From Cyanophora paradoxa CCMP329 (taxonomy: Eukaryota; Plantae; Glaucophyta): a stretch of DNA of 64,000 nt. This document shows, piece after piece, positions 22,668 to 34,138 of this stretch (position 1 is its first letter; each line of letters begins with the position of its first letter). The stretch spans positions 186,001-250,000 of the forward strand of contig QPMI01000100.1 in the NCBI GenBank assembly GCA_004431415.1. Direction: 5' to 3'. The translations under genes were made by a program, and so were the position numbers. The notes beneath the pieces were generated by a model. It had not been told where the DNA came from. It did not search any database and saw only the letters and a program-made list of their open reading frames with translations.

Positions 22668-25600
22668 TGTATGTAGTTGATGATGAACCATGTTACTTGA
22701 TGTTATCCATGTTCCGATTTCCCAAGTTGTGCGAGCATCTTTACTAAAAACGTTATCCCAACTTATCATACCATTTGCTGGTGCCGTTCTTCCTTTTTCT
22801 TTCGTCCAACCAACCATACCAATGTGACATCTCCCTTTTCTTGCAACAAATCTTACATGAGAGAATGTATCGCAATGGAAGGAAGTCCATGTTAAACCAT
22901 CATGCCAATCTGTGGTTCCATAATTGGAGATAGCCTGGTAAGTATTTACACGCATAATGTGGAACCATCTACCTGATCGATAACCTCCAATATCAAAATA
23001 TCTACAATTCGTCCAACACATATATTGAACGTGACATGTTTTCATATTTGCGGGAACTTCAATTTGCGCCCAATCTCCACTTGTCTCATCGCCTGAAATG
23101 TTACTATAAAATCCATCGATTGGGTTCGTGTAGGTAGGTGTCCAACCTGTTGTCCAACCACCACTAAACGATAAACCGCCACTACCCGTCCCACTCCAAG
23201 TATCAAAACCTGTAATGTTTCCAATTGAATTTGTGACATCTGTTAACGACAGATAGGATGTAGGAATAGTAGGTTTACTATAAACATTATTCCAATGAAT
23301 AAACCCGGTGTGTCCACCATATGAACTACTATTAGCTCGATCATGCGTAAAACCAATTCCCATAATGTGAACTCTTCCGACTTTTGGATAAATACGAATG
23401 TGAGTAAATCGACCGGCAAGGAAAATTGGGACATTATTAACTCCATCGTGGTAATTATCTGGATAGCCACTATGTGGGTGGTAATTGTTTACTCTTGTAA
23501 TAAATACTATGTTTCCATTACTACGAACTCCCCAAATCTCAAAATAACGGCAAGTATTCCATGGTAAATGTGTAAGGAATGCTGTCCCATTTACTAATGC
23601 GGTCGGAATTGTATACTGAATCCAAGTAGTTGTAGGAGCTGCTGTATCATCGTATTCACTGTTGTATACATAACTTCCATAATTATATCCTGGATCCCAT
23701 TGCCACCCACTACCGGTTATCCAAGTTCCGCTCGATAACTGATAAGCGCCACCTGCTACTGTGTCATCAAAAGCGTAACATTTTGGAACGTCATAACCAT
23801 TTCTTTTTAATGTTGCAACATCTAGTGTTGTTGCACCAATGGTGGTAGCGCTTATTGTCGGAACTGTCAAAGTGTTGTTTACCCAAAGGTTTCCATTGTT
23901 ATAAGATTTTAAAATTGCTCCATCTGCTGAGTTTCTGAATTCAATTGAAACACCATCACTATTTCCATAACCTCGAATATATGTCGTATTACCATTTCCA
24001 AACCATATTCGCTCTATGTTATCTGTTGATTTTAACCAAGTGTTTGTAATCCATGTTGCTGTTCCTGGAAGGTCTGCGGCTGAGTAAAATGATGGTTTGC
24101 TATAAACATTATCCCAACTAATCAAACCATTCGCTGGCGCTGTTCTCCCTACTTCTTTTGTCCATCCAAGCATTCCGATATGAATTCGTCCTTTTCTTGC
24201 AACAACTCTAATATGTGAAAAATCCCACAAAATACGGAAGTCCATAATAAACTGTCGTGCCATAATGTATCGGCTGTGTTTGATACATTCTGGTAAGTAT
24301 TCACTCTCATAATGTGGTTCCATCGACTATTGCGATATCCCTGAATATCAAAGTATCTTGCATTCGTCCAACATAAATACTGTATGTGACATGTTTTCAT
24401 TCCTGCCGGCACAACAATTTGGGCGTAGTCACTGCTGGTCTCATCATTGTTTGTGCTGCTATAAAATCCTGCTACTGGGTTATCTGTTGTAGGTTTCCAA
24501 TCGGTCTGCCAATTTCCGACAAATGCTACACCTGCGCTATTCCAACCACTCACCACATCAAAATCGGAATATTTGCCGACAGGATTAAAAGCGATATTAT
24601 CATAATGAATTAATCCTACATCATTATCGGTTGCTCTCTGACGACTCCAACCAAACACACCCGTAAAATAAATGCGACCTTTTACACCTTTTACCACAAT
24701 CTTTTTATAGAAATCACAGTTTATAGAAGTATATATAATAGCGTTATAGGTTCCATCTTGAATTCCGCTATCTTGTATTGCTTGATAGTGATTAACACGT
24801 TTTAGGAAATGCTGATGTCCATTAACAGTTTCACCGTAAATATCGAAATATCTACAATTATGCCAATTTAAAAGTTGAATATAAAACGATTTCATGCCTT
24901 CTGGAATTGCCCAACGCATCCAACAACCCGTAACATCTGCGTCATTCTCAGGTGTGGTGTAACATCCTGTTTGTCCCGTTCTATGTCCTGTCCAATTAAC
25001 AGTCCAATTATTTGCGCTTCTGTCTGTCGAAACCACATCTAATTGGTCGAAATCATAACCTTTTGGTATTGTTGTTCCACCAATTTGTAGAGTGGTAGCA
25101 TTCACAGTTCCTGTGACAGTTCCACCTGTAAGAGGCAAATAGTTTGCAAGAGCTGATGTTAATTCTGTATCTGTTACAAAATCTGTAACAGCTAATTGTA
25201 ACTCTGTATTTGTTACATAATCTTTGTTTTCTAAGTAATCATCTGTCACTACTCCTGAAAGGGTGGTATTGTGTAAGTTTTTTGCCGCCATTCTCTGATT
25301 GACTTCTAAGGCGCCACCTGTTGGTGTCTTAATCCACGCCATCTCACATTTTCCGTGATCATCTGTGGGTTGTCCCACAACAGGAAGATAGTTAACAACT
25401 TTCTCCCTTGTGAATACTATTTTAGGTCTTGCTCCATCATATGCGCTTTGATCTGTTACGTTTACTTGTATTGCTGCTGAAAAATTCTCTACTTGTCCTG
25501 TTTCACCCGGGTGATAATTCGTAACATAGATACTGGGGAAAGTATCGTTTACTCCTACATTGAAATCTCCTTCATAGACTCCATTTACGATTGGATCCCT

Positions 25601-25892
25601 GGGTAATCTTACTGCAAGAGTTCCGACCATCGGTGTACCTGTTTCACCTGTAAATGACCCATTCAGACTAGCATAATGATCATTCAAAAATAGCCTTTCA
25701 GGTGTATTAATTGATTGGTAAAGTGTGACTCCATTAAAAACGTTTCCAATTGCATTCAATTGTGCAAAAACTGGCTGGTCATCAATTTCTTCCCATGGGT
25801 GTCTGTGGTTACTATTGGTGATTTGGGAATAATCATGAGTGTGTGAATCTGGTGGAAAGGTTAATGGAGGATTTGTGATATGCTCCCATAAA

Positions 25893-26117
25893 TGAGTATG
25901 GGCGAAATCTGTTATTTGGTCTTTTGTGTGAGTATGGGCGAAATCTGTTATTTGGTCTTTTGTGTGAGTATGGGCAAAATCTGTTATTTGGTCTTTTGTG
26001 TGAGTATGGGCAAAATCTGTTATTTGGTCTTTTGTGTGAGTATGGGCGAAATCTGTTATTTGGTCTTTTGTGTGAGTATGGGCAAAATCTGTAATCTGGG
26101 CTTTTGTGTGAGTGTGA
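25893..26117 (-). repeat. 36-bp coding tandem repeat (HTHTKDQITDFA), 6 copies
   Basis: Directly visible; a single copy in element C. Confidence 0.95.
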
Positions 26118-29100
26118 TTTTGAATCCAACCTTGAACCACATTAGAGGTTGGATGATGTGGCAAATTTGCATTGCTTGTAACTGTAAGGTAATCTATTAC
26201 AGTATCAGGTGAGGTTATTTTTAATCCTCTGTAAATATTCAGAGTCTGGGTATGAGTGAATCCATATTTTTGTTGAATGTAATACCTCACAGCATTCTTT
26301 TCAGAAGTTGTCAAAGCCCTATTGAAAACAATCAACTCGGAAATACCACCATTCACAATATTACCAAATCCGAAATGATTGACAGTATTATCTGGTAGAT
26401 AATTTGTTCCTACAAGTGTTTGAATATCTACTCCATTTAACCCGACTGTGTAGCTGCTGGAAGTAATTGTTTGGTCAGTGTAATACCATGTATTTATTAA
26501 AGAAGGAACCGTAATAAATGGGCGGTTTTGGGATACTCCATTAATAGTAAACTGGTTCATTCCAATAGCAGTAGAAGATGTTGCCCCATAATAACAATAT
26601 CGTGATGGAGAGGCGCTTCTGTAAAGTCTCAAGTGAACTTGCATAGAAGAGGCAGTTGGATGATATTTTCCCACAAAGAAAAATGTAAGCCCATTTGAGA
26701 AATCAATAGTTCTTGCAGCAGAGGTATATGCATTAAAAGTGCCTGTTGGGTTTGAAACACTAACTTGGTTGTTGATTTCGGGATTGGTGTAATAGGAACT
26801 GGCTCCGGAGATAAACAAGTCTGGAACAACTGAATCCGGGACTCTACTTACTATAGTTGTATACATTGCTGATTGACCTGGTTCTCCTGATGCCTTCCAA
26901 GCAAAAATGCAGTTCGAGATATTTGATGCTGGATCAAAGCTTGGTGGGACATCATACCATTCTTTGTAAACCTGATTCATGGTATTGAAATTGCAAGAGC
27001 CAATTGTGAGGATTCCATTTACTTTCAAATTGCTGGTCTCTATATTGCTACTGTAAATATTACTATTAACCGTAAGATCTCCTGTGATCGTCCCACCAAC
27101 AAGCGGAAGATATTTAGATAATTCCGCGGCAAGTTCAGGTTTTGTTACATAATTTCCAAGCATCGCAAGAGTAACGAAATTTACAAGAATTACAGCCGTT
27201 AGGTAATCTTCCGTAACCACTCTCGATATATCTTCATTGTGTATATTTTTGGCGCTTGCTCTTTGATTGATTTCTAATAAACCTTCACCAACGCCACCAT
27301 TATAATTTGTTTTTATCCATGCTACCTCACATCTTCTGTAATCATCTCGATCTCCTATAAAAGTATTTGGTAAAAGACGCTGCCGACTAAATACTAATTT
27401 CGGTCTCGATTGGTCAAAATCACTCACATCAGTGACATTAATTTGTATTGCTGCGTCTTTGTTATCATAACTATTTGGATCTAATGGAAGCGACGGTATC
27501 GGAGGTAATACATCTGTCATCGGGATATCCTCAGGGTAGTAGCTTGTTAAATAAATTCCGGGTTTCGTCTCATACAGACCAAAATTACCATTGATTGGTA
27601 AAATCCCTTCTCTTACGGGTGGTCTAATGTATAATTCGGCTTCCATTCCTGTTCCTGCCTCTATTCCCATGCGATTAAGGTAGTGGTCATTTAATTGTAA
27701 TCTTTCTGGTATTTCAATGTTTTGATAGAGACTTACACCATGTTGGAAATCTGTTAATACATTTCCTGCGGATGCGAAAGTAGGCTGTAAATCGATTTCG
27801 TCCCAATTATGCCTATGATCTGCTGGTGGAAATTCAGGAGGGACGTTATCGAGATCTCCCCAATCGTGCCTATGCTCTGTGGGTGGGAATCTTTCCGGTT
27901 TGTTTAGAATGTCATCCCATTCATGTTCGTGGGGATCTGGCGGGAATGTTTCAGGTTTGTTAATAATATCCCTCCAATCTACGGTAAAATCGAAAAATCC
28001 CGGTTGTAATCCATCTGGTAATAACTCTTCATCTGGTATATGTGGCTGTTCGTAATCTATGTTAGGTGGATTTAATCCATGTGGTAAAAGTTGTTCGTCG
28101 TAAGGTTCGAAACGATCATATAACATATGGTTAGGATCAAATCCATCCGGCAATTCTTCCACGTCTTCACATTCTTTATGTTCGAGAGGTATAACATTAA
28201 TATCAGGTGCTAAGAGTTCCTCAGCGGGCGGTTTGTAATCTTTAAAAACTGGTTTATTATGGACTTTTTCCCAACTAACAAAATGTTGCCCAAACGCTAC
28301 CGTTTCATCCGCTGTGTATTCTCTTCCGGGTTGTTTTTTTGGTGTAAGATCTGGTGGATCCCATGGTAGTGGAAATGGAACCGGAGTAGGTCCGTAATGC
28401 TCTATGATTTCTCTTATGGTTTTCTCACTAACAAGCCGTTCCCCATTTGCATAAACATTACTACCATGAATATTTCGCCATTGTCGGGTTCTAATACCAA
28501 GGTCTTTGGTGTTTGTTTTCAAAGGTAAAAGGTGGCGATCCATTTCGACAAGATCAGGATGTAAATGTATAGCTACTGGTTGACTGGGACTACTGTCGAC
28601 TGTGATCGAATCCTTTTCTTTGGAAGTATCCGGTGGAAGAGTGAAACCAAACAGTGCATTAGTGTTTGAATTGTTGACGATGTCCTTTGGGTAAACATTG
28701 TTGGTGTGGCGAATCTGATTCTCTTCACCATGTGGGGCTACCTGTAATATCTGAGGGATTTGTGTAATCGCGTTTGATCCTTCATTATAGATTCTCAAAC
28801 CGCTACGATGTACTCCCTTCTCATCCTGTACATTGAAAACCAAACGCCCGCTATCATAACGTGTGGGAATATCGGGATGCGTTCCACTGGTTTTAAGTTT
28901 CCGTGGTCTCCTTCTGGTTGCCTTGATCTCTGCAACCGCGTTTTTTTTAACATTGCCCAAACTGAAAGCAATGCTTACATCTTCTTTCTCTGGATCTGTT
29001 TGATTCACCGTTAAAGCATGAATTCTGGGATGCGTCTTACTGGGTTTATCGGCGCTCTGATCAATTGACGCCGACCCTTTAATGGTGATATTATCAAAGT

Positions 29101-29220
29101 TCACATGTTTAGGGTTCGCTTTACCACCACTACCTGTTATGGTTTGTAAATTTGCTGGATAATTGAAACTCATCCTGCTTTCTCTATTATACAGATTTAT
29201 TAAATTTAAGTTAAGTAAAG

Positions 29221-30756
29221 ATGCCCCTAAAAGTCGTTCTTAGTTTATCTGGCGGGGGCGCTCGTGGTATCATCATAACAAGGTTGCTAAAAGAGATCGA
29301 AACAAGAACGGGTAAACGCGTCATAGATTTGGTCGATCTCGTAAGTGGAACATCCACAGGCGGTATTATTGCTATCGGTCTCAATGTGAAAAATCCCGAA
29401 TTTCCCAATGAACCTAAACTAACTGCGACCGACCTTCACGATACTTACCTTTACCATCTCCCTTTGATCTTTGCCAATCCGCGAAACATCATAGAGAATG
29501 CCCTTTTTAATACGAAATACGACGTAACACCATTAGAGACAGCCATTCTCTCTGTGACTGGGGAAGCTCTCATACAAGATTCACTAAAAGACGTGGTTAT
29601 TACGACATTCGACACAGTGAGTATGAAACCCATTTTTATAGCAAACGATAACGATTACAAGACCATACCAAGTAAGATTGCGGCGCGATCCACCTCGGCT
29701 GCTCCGACATATTTTGCTCCTGTCGATTACGACGGGATGTGTCTAATTGATGGCGCAATATCAGGTAACAATAACCCAAGTGTTTGTGGTTACAGTCACG
29801 CAAAAAAGATATATGATAACAATGACGATATTATAGTTATTAGCATCTCGTGTGGTGAAGTAAATGAAACGGACGCATCAACCGTCGGTTATCCTTATGA
29901 GAACGTGAATACCTGGGGTATTCTCTCATGGATTGCTTCCACCTCAGGAAGTCCATTAATTAATATGCTAATGGCTGCAAGTGAATTATCGGCTCTTGAA
30001 AAGATGCATGAGTTTTTACCATATAACGATGACCAAGGATACGCGCGATACTACCGTATCTCTGTGCCGCTCCCGAAAGATATCTTAAACTCTCTCGATG
30101 ATACCTCTAAGATTCCGGACATGATCGCGGCAACTGAAACGTATATTGAAGCAAACGACACCATGATTAATAGACTCTGCGACTTGCTCGTAACAAACTA
30201 CGAGATTAAGAACCCTGTAAGGTTCTATATATCATCCACTCTTAATAACATACCTCCCATTGATGCTAATTGGTATCTTCTGCCGGATAATGCGTTTTCC
30301 GCTTCGTCTGCGAAATTCGGCAAAGAGGCATTTAAAGCCCGTCCATCATTAACTGGATGGGAAGCGAATGCATCCGCCATAAACGGAGTATGGGAAACGC
30401 CAACAGAGTATCTGCAAATAGCATTCCCATATACATATGAAATCGCTTCGATAATTGCATATGGTTCAGGTATAACAACTGCATTTATTAAAACTTTCAA
30501 TGTTGCGACGTCACAAGATGGGGTTTCATGGTCATATATCAAGTATGAGGGTGTTAATAGAATGTTTGTATGTGAAAACATAAATAATGCTAACAACTCT
30601 GGGGACGTATCATATAACGGGGGCTTTCCGCTTGCAATAAACGATGTTTTCTATATAGGTTTCCCACTGAGAACAAGATATATTCGAGTTTATCCGTTGG
30701 TATATATAAATGCTCCGACTATGAGAGTCGATGTGACGGGCGCATTTATACGATAG
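29221..30756 (+). CDS. Patatin-like phospholipase fused to a C-terminal F5/8 type C (discoidin) domain
   Basis: GGGARG, GTSTG, SAAPTYF and DGA motifs. C-terminal AFSASS...GW...EYLQIAF...SQDGVSW...RYIRVYP...MRVDVTG. Confidence 0.9.
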   Translation: MPLKVVLSLSGGGARGIIITRLLKEIETRTGKRVIDLVDLVSGTSTGGIIAIGLNVKNPEFPNEPKLTATDLHDTYLYHLPLIFANPRNIIENALFNTKYDVTPLETAILSVTGEALIQDSLKDVVITTFDTVSMKPIFIANDNDYKTIPSKIAARSTSAAPTYFAPVDYDGMCLIDGAISGNNNPSVCGYSHAKKIYDNNDDIIVISISCGEVNETDASTVGYPYENVNTWGILSWIASTSGSPLINMLMAASELSALEKMHEFLPYNDDQGYARYYRISVPLPKDILNSLDDTSKIPDMIAATETYIEANDTMINRLCDLLVTNYEIKNPVRFYISSTLNNIPPIDANWYLLPDNAFSASSAKFGKEAFKARPSLTGWEANASAINGVWETPTEYLQIAFPYTYEIASIIAYGSGITTAFIKTFNVATSQDGVSWSYIKYEGVNRMFVCENINNANNSGDVSYNGGFPLAINDVFYIGFPLRTRYIRVYPLVYINAPTMRVDVTGAFIR

Positions 30757-30953
30757 AAAAAAGAGGGAATTTTTTCCGATTTTTTGATTATATATATGTA
30801 TATGTATATATAATAATATTATTTAATATTATTTATTATTTTTCCAAACATTTTTTTCTTGGTCAACCGGCAATAAGGAGGTTTTGGTATATATACGGTA
30901 TATATGTCGTGACGTCACGTGTATATATGCGGTATATATGTCGGAGGTTTAGA

Positions 30954-31160
30954 GGGGGGAATGAGTATCGTTATTAAAGGGGGGGAATGAGTATCGTTAT
31001 TAAGGGGGGAATGAGTATCGTTATGGGGGGAATGAGTATCGTTATTGGGGGGAATGAGTATCGTTATTGGGGGGAATGAGTATCGTTATTATCGTTATTA
31101 TCGTTATCATCGTTATCATCGTTATCTTATCGTTATCATCGTTATTATCGTTATCTTATC
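30954..31160 (+). repeat. Subterminal array of B: G6-7AATGAGTATCGTTAT(TAA) x6, then ATCGTTAT(T/C) x~8
   Basis: Units start at 30954, 30979, 31004, 31025, 31047 and 31069. Confidence 0.95.
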
Positions 31161-31296
31161 TTTTTCATCGAAATTCCGGGAAATTTCGCGAAATTCCAGG
31201 AAAATCATACAAACTGTTATAACTCTTCACCAACTCATCGCCTATCAAAACCGCGACCATCGCCGGAATCCTCTTTGCATCCTCTACACATCTATG

Positions 31297-32697
31297 CTAC
31301 TTTCGCGAACTGGATCGTAGATTTACCCGGGTTTGAGGTGCTGAATATGTCTCTTTTGAGGTCTGGAAGTCTGTATACCATCTCTGACTGTTGACTTCTG
31401 ATAATTTCTGGGTTCCTGCTATGGTCAACTTCTTTAATTCACGCTCCGCCTTCGCTTTCTTCTTTGTTCTGGCTTGTGTTAATGGTTCTTCTGGGACGTC
31501 ATCTGCTTTTTCGATGCCTTCCTTGCGAATCGCCGAATCAACCTGGGCTTCTTCTTTCGCTTGTTCAAGTGCATCCACTGTGGGCGCTTCGTGATACTCT
31601 ACACCTTTGATAGGTAACAGTTCGTGGAAAGCGAAGCGCCCATCGACCATTTCACCATTCGGATTTCGTAACCGAAACTTGAACCCCTCTCTCCCTTCAA
31701 CAGTATAGACGATCCGCGACCAATTGACACCCTGTTTAGCGAACGGGTTCTTTTCTATTCTCACTCTCACAAACATGCCCTGTTTGATACCATCCAAGTA
31801 AGCGATCGACTTCTTGAATCTCTCATCTTCTAATCCGATAATCTCACGATAATGATCTTCGGTGGTCTCTGCCGGTTTCCTCTTGGTTGCTGAGTGGATG
31901 GTATTGTTATAGTTGTACTCTATATCTCCCAATACATCAAAGAATCGCGCCGTGTTGTTTGCGATGCAATAGTTCGTGATCAATCGTTTGATCTGCTTGT
32001 TAAACGCTTCGATTCTACCTTGGCTTCGATGATCTGCGACATCGCTTATCTGATGATCGATAAACTTTTTAGCAAGGTAGTTAGTGAACATGTTATTACT
32101 GAATTCGCTGCCGCTGTCACTCTGAACACGAGCGATAGGTCGTGGTACTCTTTGTTGTAACTGTTCAAACGCGGCAAGAGTTGTAATTGCGCTCTTATCT
32201 CTCATCGGAATGATGTAACCGGTGCGTAAGGTCGATTCCATCGCGGACATGAACGTATCGTAACCGTCGTTTTGTTTCTTATAAGCCGGGAAAAACAGAA
32301 GATCGATAACGTACGTATCAAGAGGTTGCCGTATCGGTATCATCGGGTCTCTCTTTCTTGAAAGAGTCGGTGCGTTTATCTGAACTACTTCCTGTTTATC
32401 ATACCATTCTCTCATCTTCTTGTAATTCTCCTCGGGTAGTTCCTTTCTCATTGCTCCGAACCCCTTGTAACCGGTGCGAGGATCGTAAAACTTCTTTGCA
32501 ATCTTCGATTCTTTCGGTGCGGTTTCAGTAGGTAATGCCTCCGGGATCAGTTCTTTAACCATCTCCGACTTCTTTAAGATTCTTGTGTTTTTCTCTTCGA
32601 CTGGAATGGTGATCGGTAGCATGTTGCCTTGGTCTTCTTTTAAACTTTTCTTTACGATTTTAGGAATGGGTCTTAATCCTATCTGTGCTGAGGGCAT
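31297..32697 (-). CDS. Retroviral-type (rve, DDE) integrase of Polinton/virophage type
   Basis: YDPRTGYKG, YVIDLLFF (D), VQSDSGSEF (D), GRIEAFNKQIK (E), YNNTIHSATKRKP. Confidence 0.9.
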   Translation of the reverse strand: MPSAQIGLRPIPKIVKKSLKEDQGNMLPITIPVEEKNTRILKKSEMVKELIPEALPTETAPKESKIAKKFYDPRTGYKGFGAMRKELPEENYKKMREWYDKQEVVQINAPTLSRKRDPMIPIRQPLDTYVIDLLFFPAYKKQNDGYDTFMSAMESTLRTGYIIPMRDKSAITTLAAFEQLQQRVPRPIARVQSDSGSEFSNNMFTNYLAKKFIDHQISDVADHRSQGRIEAFNKQIKRLITNYCIANNTARFFDVLGDIEYNYNNTIHSATKRKPAETTEDHYREIIGLEDERFKKSIAYLDGIKQGMFVRVRIEKNPFAKQGVNWSRIVYTVEGREGFKFRLRNPNGEMVDGRFAFHELLPIKGVEYHEAPTVDALEQAKEEAQVDSAIRKEGIEKADDVPEEPLTQARTKKKAKAERELKKLTIAGTQKLSEVNSQRWYTDFQTSKETYSAPQTRVNLRSSSRK

Positions 32698-32877
32698 CTT
32701 TACTTTAATTTCAATATATTAATAATGGACGAGCCGGTTTGGACAGAACACCCGAAACCAAACTACTTTGCTATCGATCCAAACGATCCGGGCTTAAAGT
32801 GCATATGGTTGTTACATCTGATCCGAGGTTTACTGCTTCTTGGGGATCGAAAAAATAAAAAGAGAGGCGCTCGCTCC

Positions 32878-33212
32878 CAGGTGAGCCCCACCAATTGCGC
32901 GCCCTCTTCTTTCCTTCCCCACTACCATTCTCAGTAAGCCCACTATCTATTTTCGAATTTCTCAGTAAGGCTCAGTAACAAATTATAAAATAGCACTGTA
33001 TTTTTCAGACTTCTAACCTCTCCTCACTGAAACCAATCACGAAACCCTTTCATTCTTCATTTTTCTAACTCCTTACCATTCCCAGTAAGCCCTTTAACCC
33101 TCCTCCGATCTCTCAGTAAGGACAGTAAGACCCTCATTTTTACGAAATGTTCCCGATCGTTTCCATACTATTTTCAGTTAGCCAAATTGAAAAATCAAGG
33201 TGAGCCCCACCG
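32878..33212. promoter_or_regulatory. Non-coding region with repeated CAGTAA(G) motifs and a duplicated AGGTGAGCCCCACC
   Basis: CAGTAA(G) near 32932, 32963, 32973, 33083, 33114 and 33123; 14-mer at 32879 and 33198. Confidence 0.5.
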
Positions 33213-33280
33213 ATAGGTTAAAACAACTTATGAAGTGCGTATATCCCCACTTAAAGATTTCCCACTATACAAGTATAAAG

Positions 33281-33604
33281 ATGCCGGGTAATCAGCTCCC
33301 CTTACCTAAAAGTAAACTGTGCAATGTGTGCAAAGAGGTCAAGCCTGCATCGTGGTTCCCTTTGCACAAGTGCAAGTCGGGAAATATAACATTATATTGG
33401 AGATGCATACAGTGCCACCGTGACTATCAAAATGATCGCTATCACAAAGTCTTAAAAACGCGTCCGAAAATCGAAGTACAATCGAAAATATGCCCCGATT
33501 GCAAGATTGAGAAGCCTGCAAGCGAGTATAATAAAAAACAAAGCACGAAGGATGGTCTCTACTACAAATGCCGACAGTGTTATAGTGAGACTCGGACGAG
33601 CTAA
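33281..33604 (+). CDS. Small protein with two CxxC...KP...CxxC zinc-ribbon repeats
   Basis: KLCNVCKEVKP...CIQC and KICPDCKIEKP...KDGLYYKCRQC; no nuclease domain. Start moved to the ATG at 33281. Confidence 0.65.
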   Translation: MPGNQLPLPKSKLCNVCKEVKPASWFPLHKCKSGNITLYWRCIQCHRDYQNDRYHKVLKTRPKIEVQSKICPDCKIEKPASEYNKKQSTKDGLYYKCRQCYSETRTS

Positions 33605-33847
33605 TTTATGATTTTGAAATGAGATTTGTATTTTTTAAAGCGAGTTTGTGCATGAGCAAGCATGCCGAAAATGCCCACCTGCACAAACTCGCGACTTCAA
33701 TCGAAATGTTCCATTTAATGCACTGGAACCACTCGCGCCCCGCCCACTATGCAAGATACATGCCTTTCTTATGCATGATCTATGAAAAATAACAATAAAC
33801 CCAGTCGTCAGACAAGCTGCCTTGGCTGCGCCTCTCTCATTCTTTCT

Positions 33848-34111
33848 TTACATAGGAGCACTCACAGGAATTTCGCTTGCCTTTCGAACAGTCCCCCTTG
33901 CAAACGCTTGCTCTACAATCGCTTCCTTTGTGAGTGGAATCGGAATTCCAGCGGCAATACACGATTTAACTTCTTTATCCACAATCTCATCAATCGCGAT
34001 TCTCGCCCGATTATGAGCCGCATTATCGATCCAATCCTGAACTGAGAATGCACAGTATTCCATTCCCAGTTTTTCAGTATCAGTTAGAACCACTTGGTAG
34101 ATGTTCGACAT
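33848..34111 (-). CDS. Small phage-like protein, typically encoded next to tail-fibre genes
   Basis: LTDTE...EY.A.SVQDWIDNA.HNRARIAIDEIV pattern, recalled from marine phage hypothetical proteins. Confidence 0.55.
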   Translation of the reverse strand: MSNIYQVVLTDTEKLGMEYCAFSVQDWIDNAAHNRARIAIDEIVDKEVKSCIAAGIPIPLTKEAIVEQAFARGTVRKASEIPVSAPM

Positions 34112-34138
34112 TCTTTTAACATTAGACAATAAAATATT

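Larger units (their letters stand above)
20279..29173 (-). pseudogene. Giant fibre protein of element A with C-terminal intramolecular chaperone (peptidase S74) domain; disrupted
   Basis: Collinear with intact 49654..55161. Broken by a 1-nt frameshift near 24220, a small deletion near 22690 and the insertion at 20715-22667. Contains HxH repeats, a LamG-like domain and SDRRYK...GLIAQDV...EAVKEL. Confidence 0.85.
15589..30755. mobile_element. Endogenous Polinton-like virus A (left part only)
   Basis: Sharp GC-to-AT switch, terminal hairpin, intronless dense ORFs, and gene-by-gene synteny with element C, which has MCP, pentons and ATPase. Confidence 0.85.

Noticed and set aside
25833-26212. Alternative-frame repeat ORFs (PYSHKRPNNRF and MGEICYLVFCVS)
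   Set aside because: Shadow frames of the 36-bp fibre repeat.
30954-31160. Possible CRISPR array or telomere, and ORF 31045..31320
   Set aside because: Contiguous tandem units with no unique spacers and no cas genes; the ORF is just the translated repeat.
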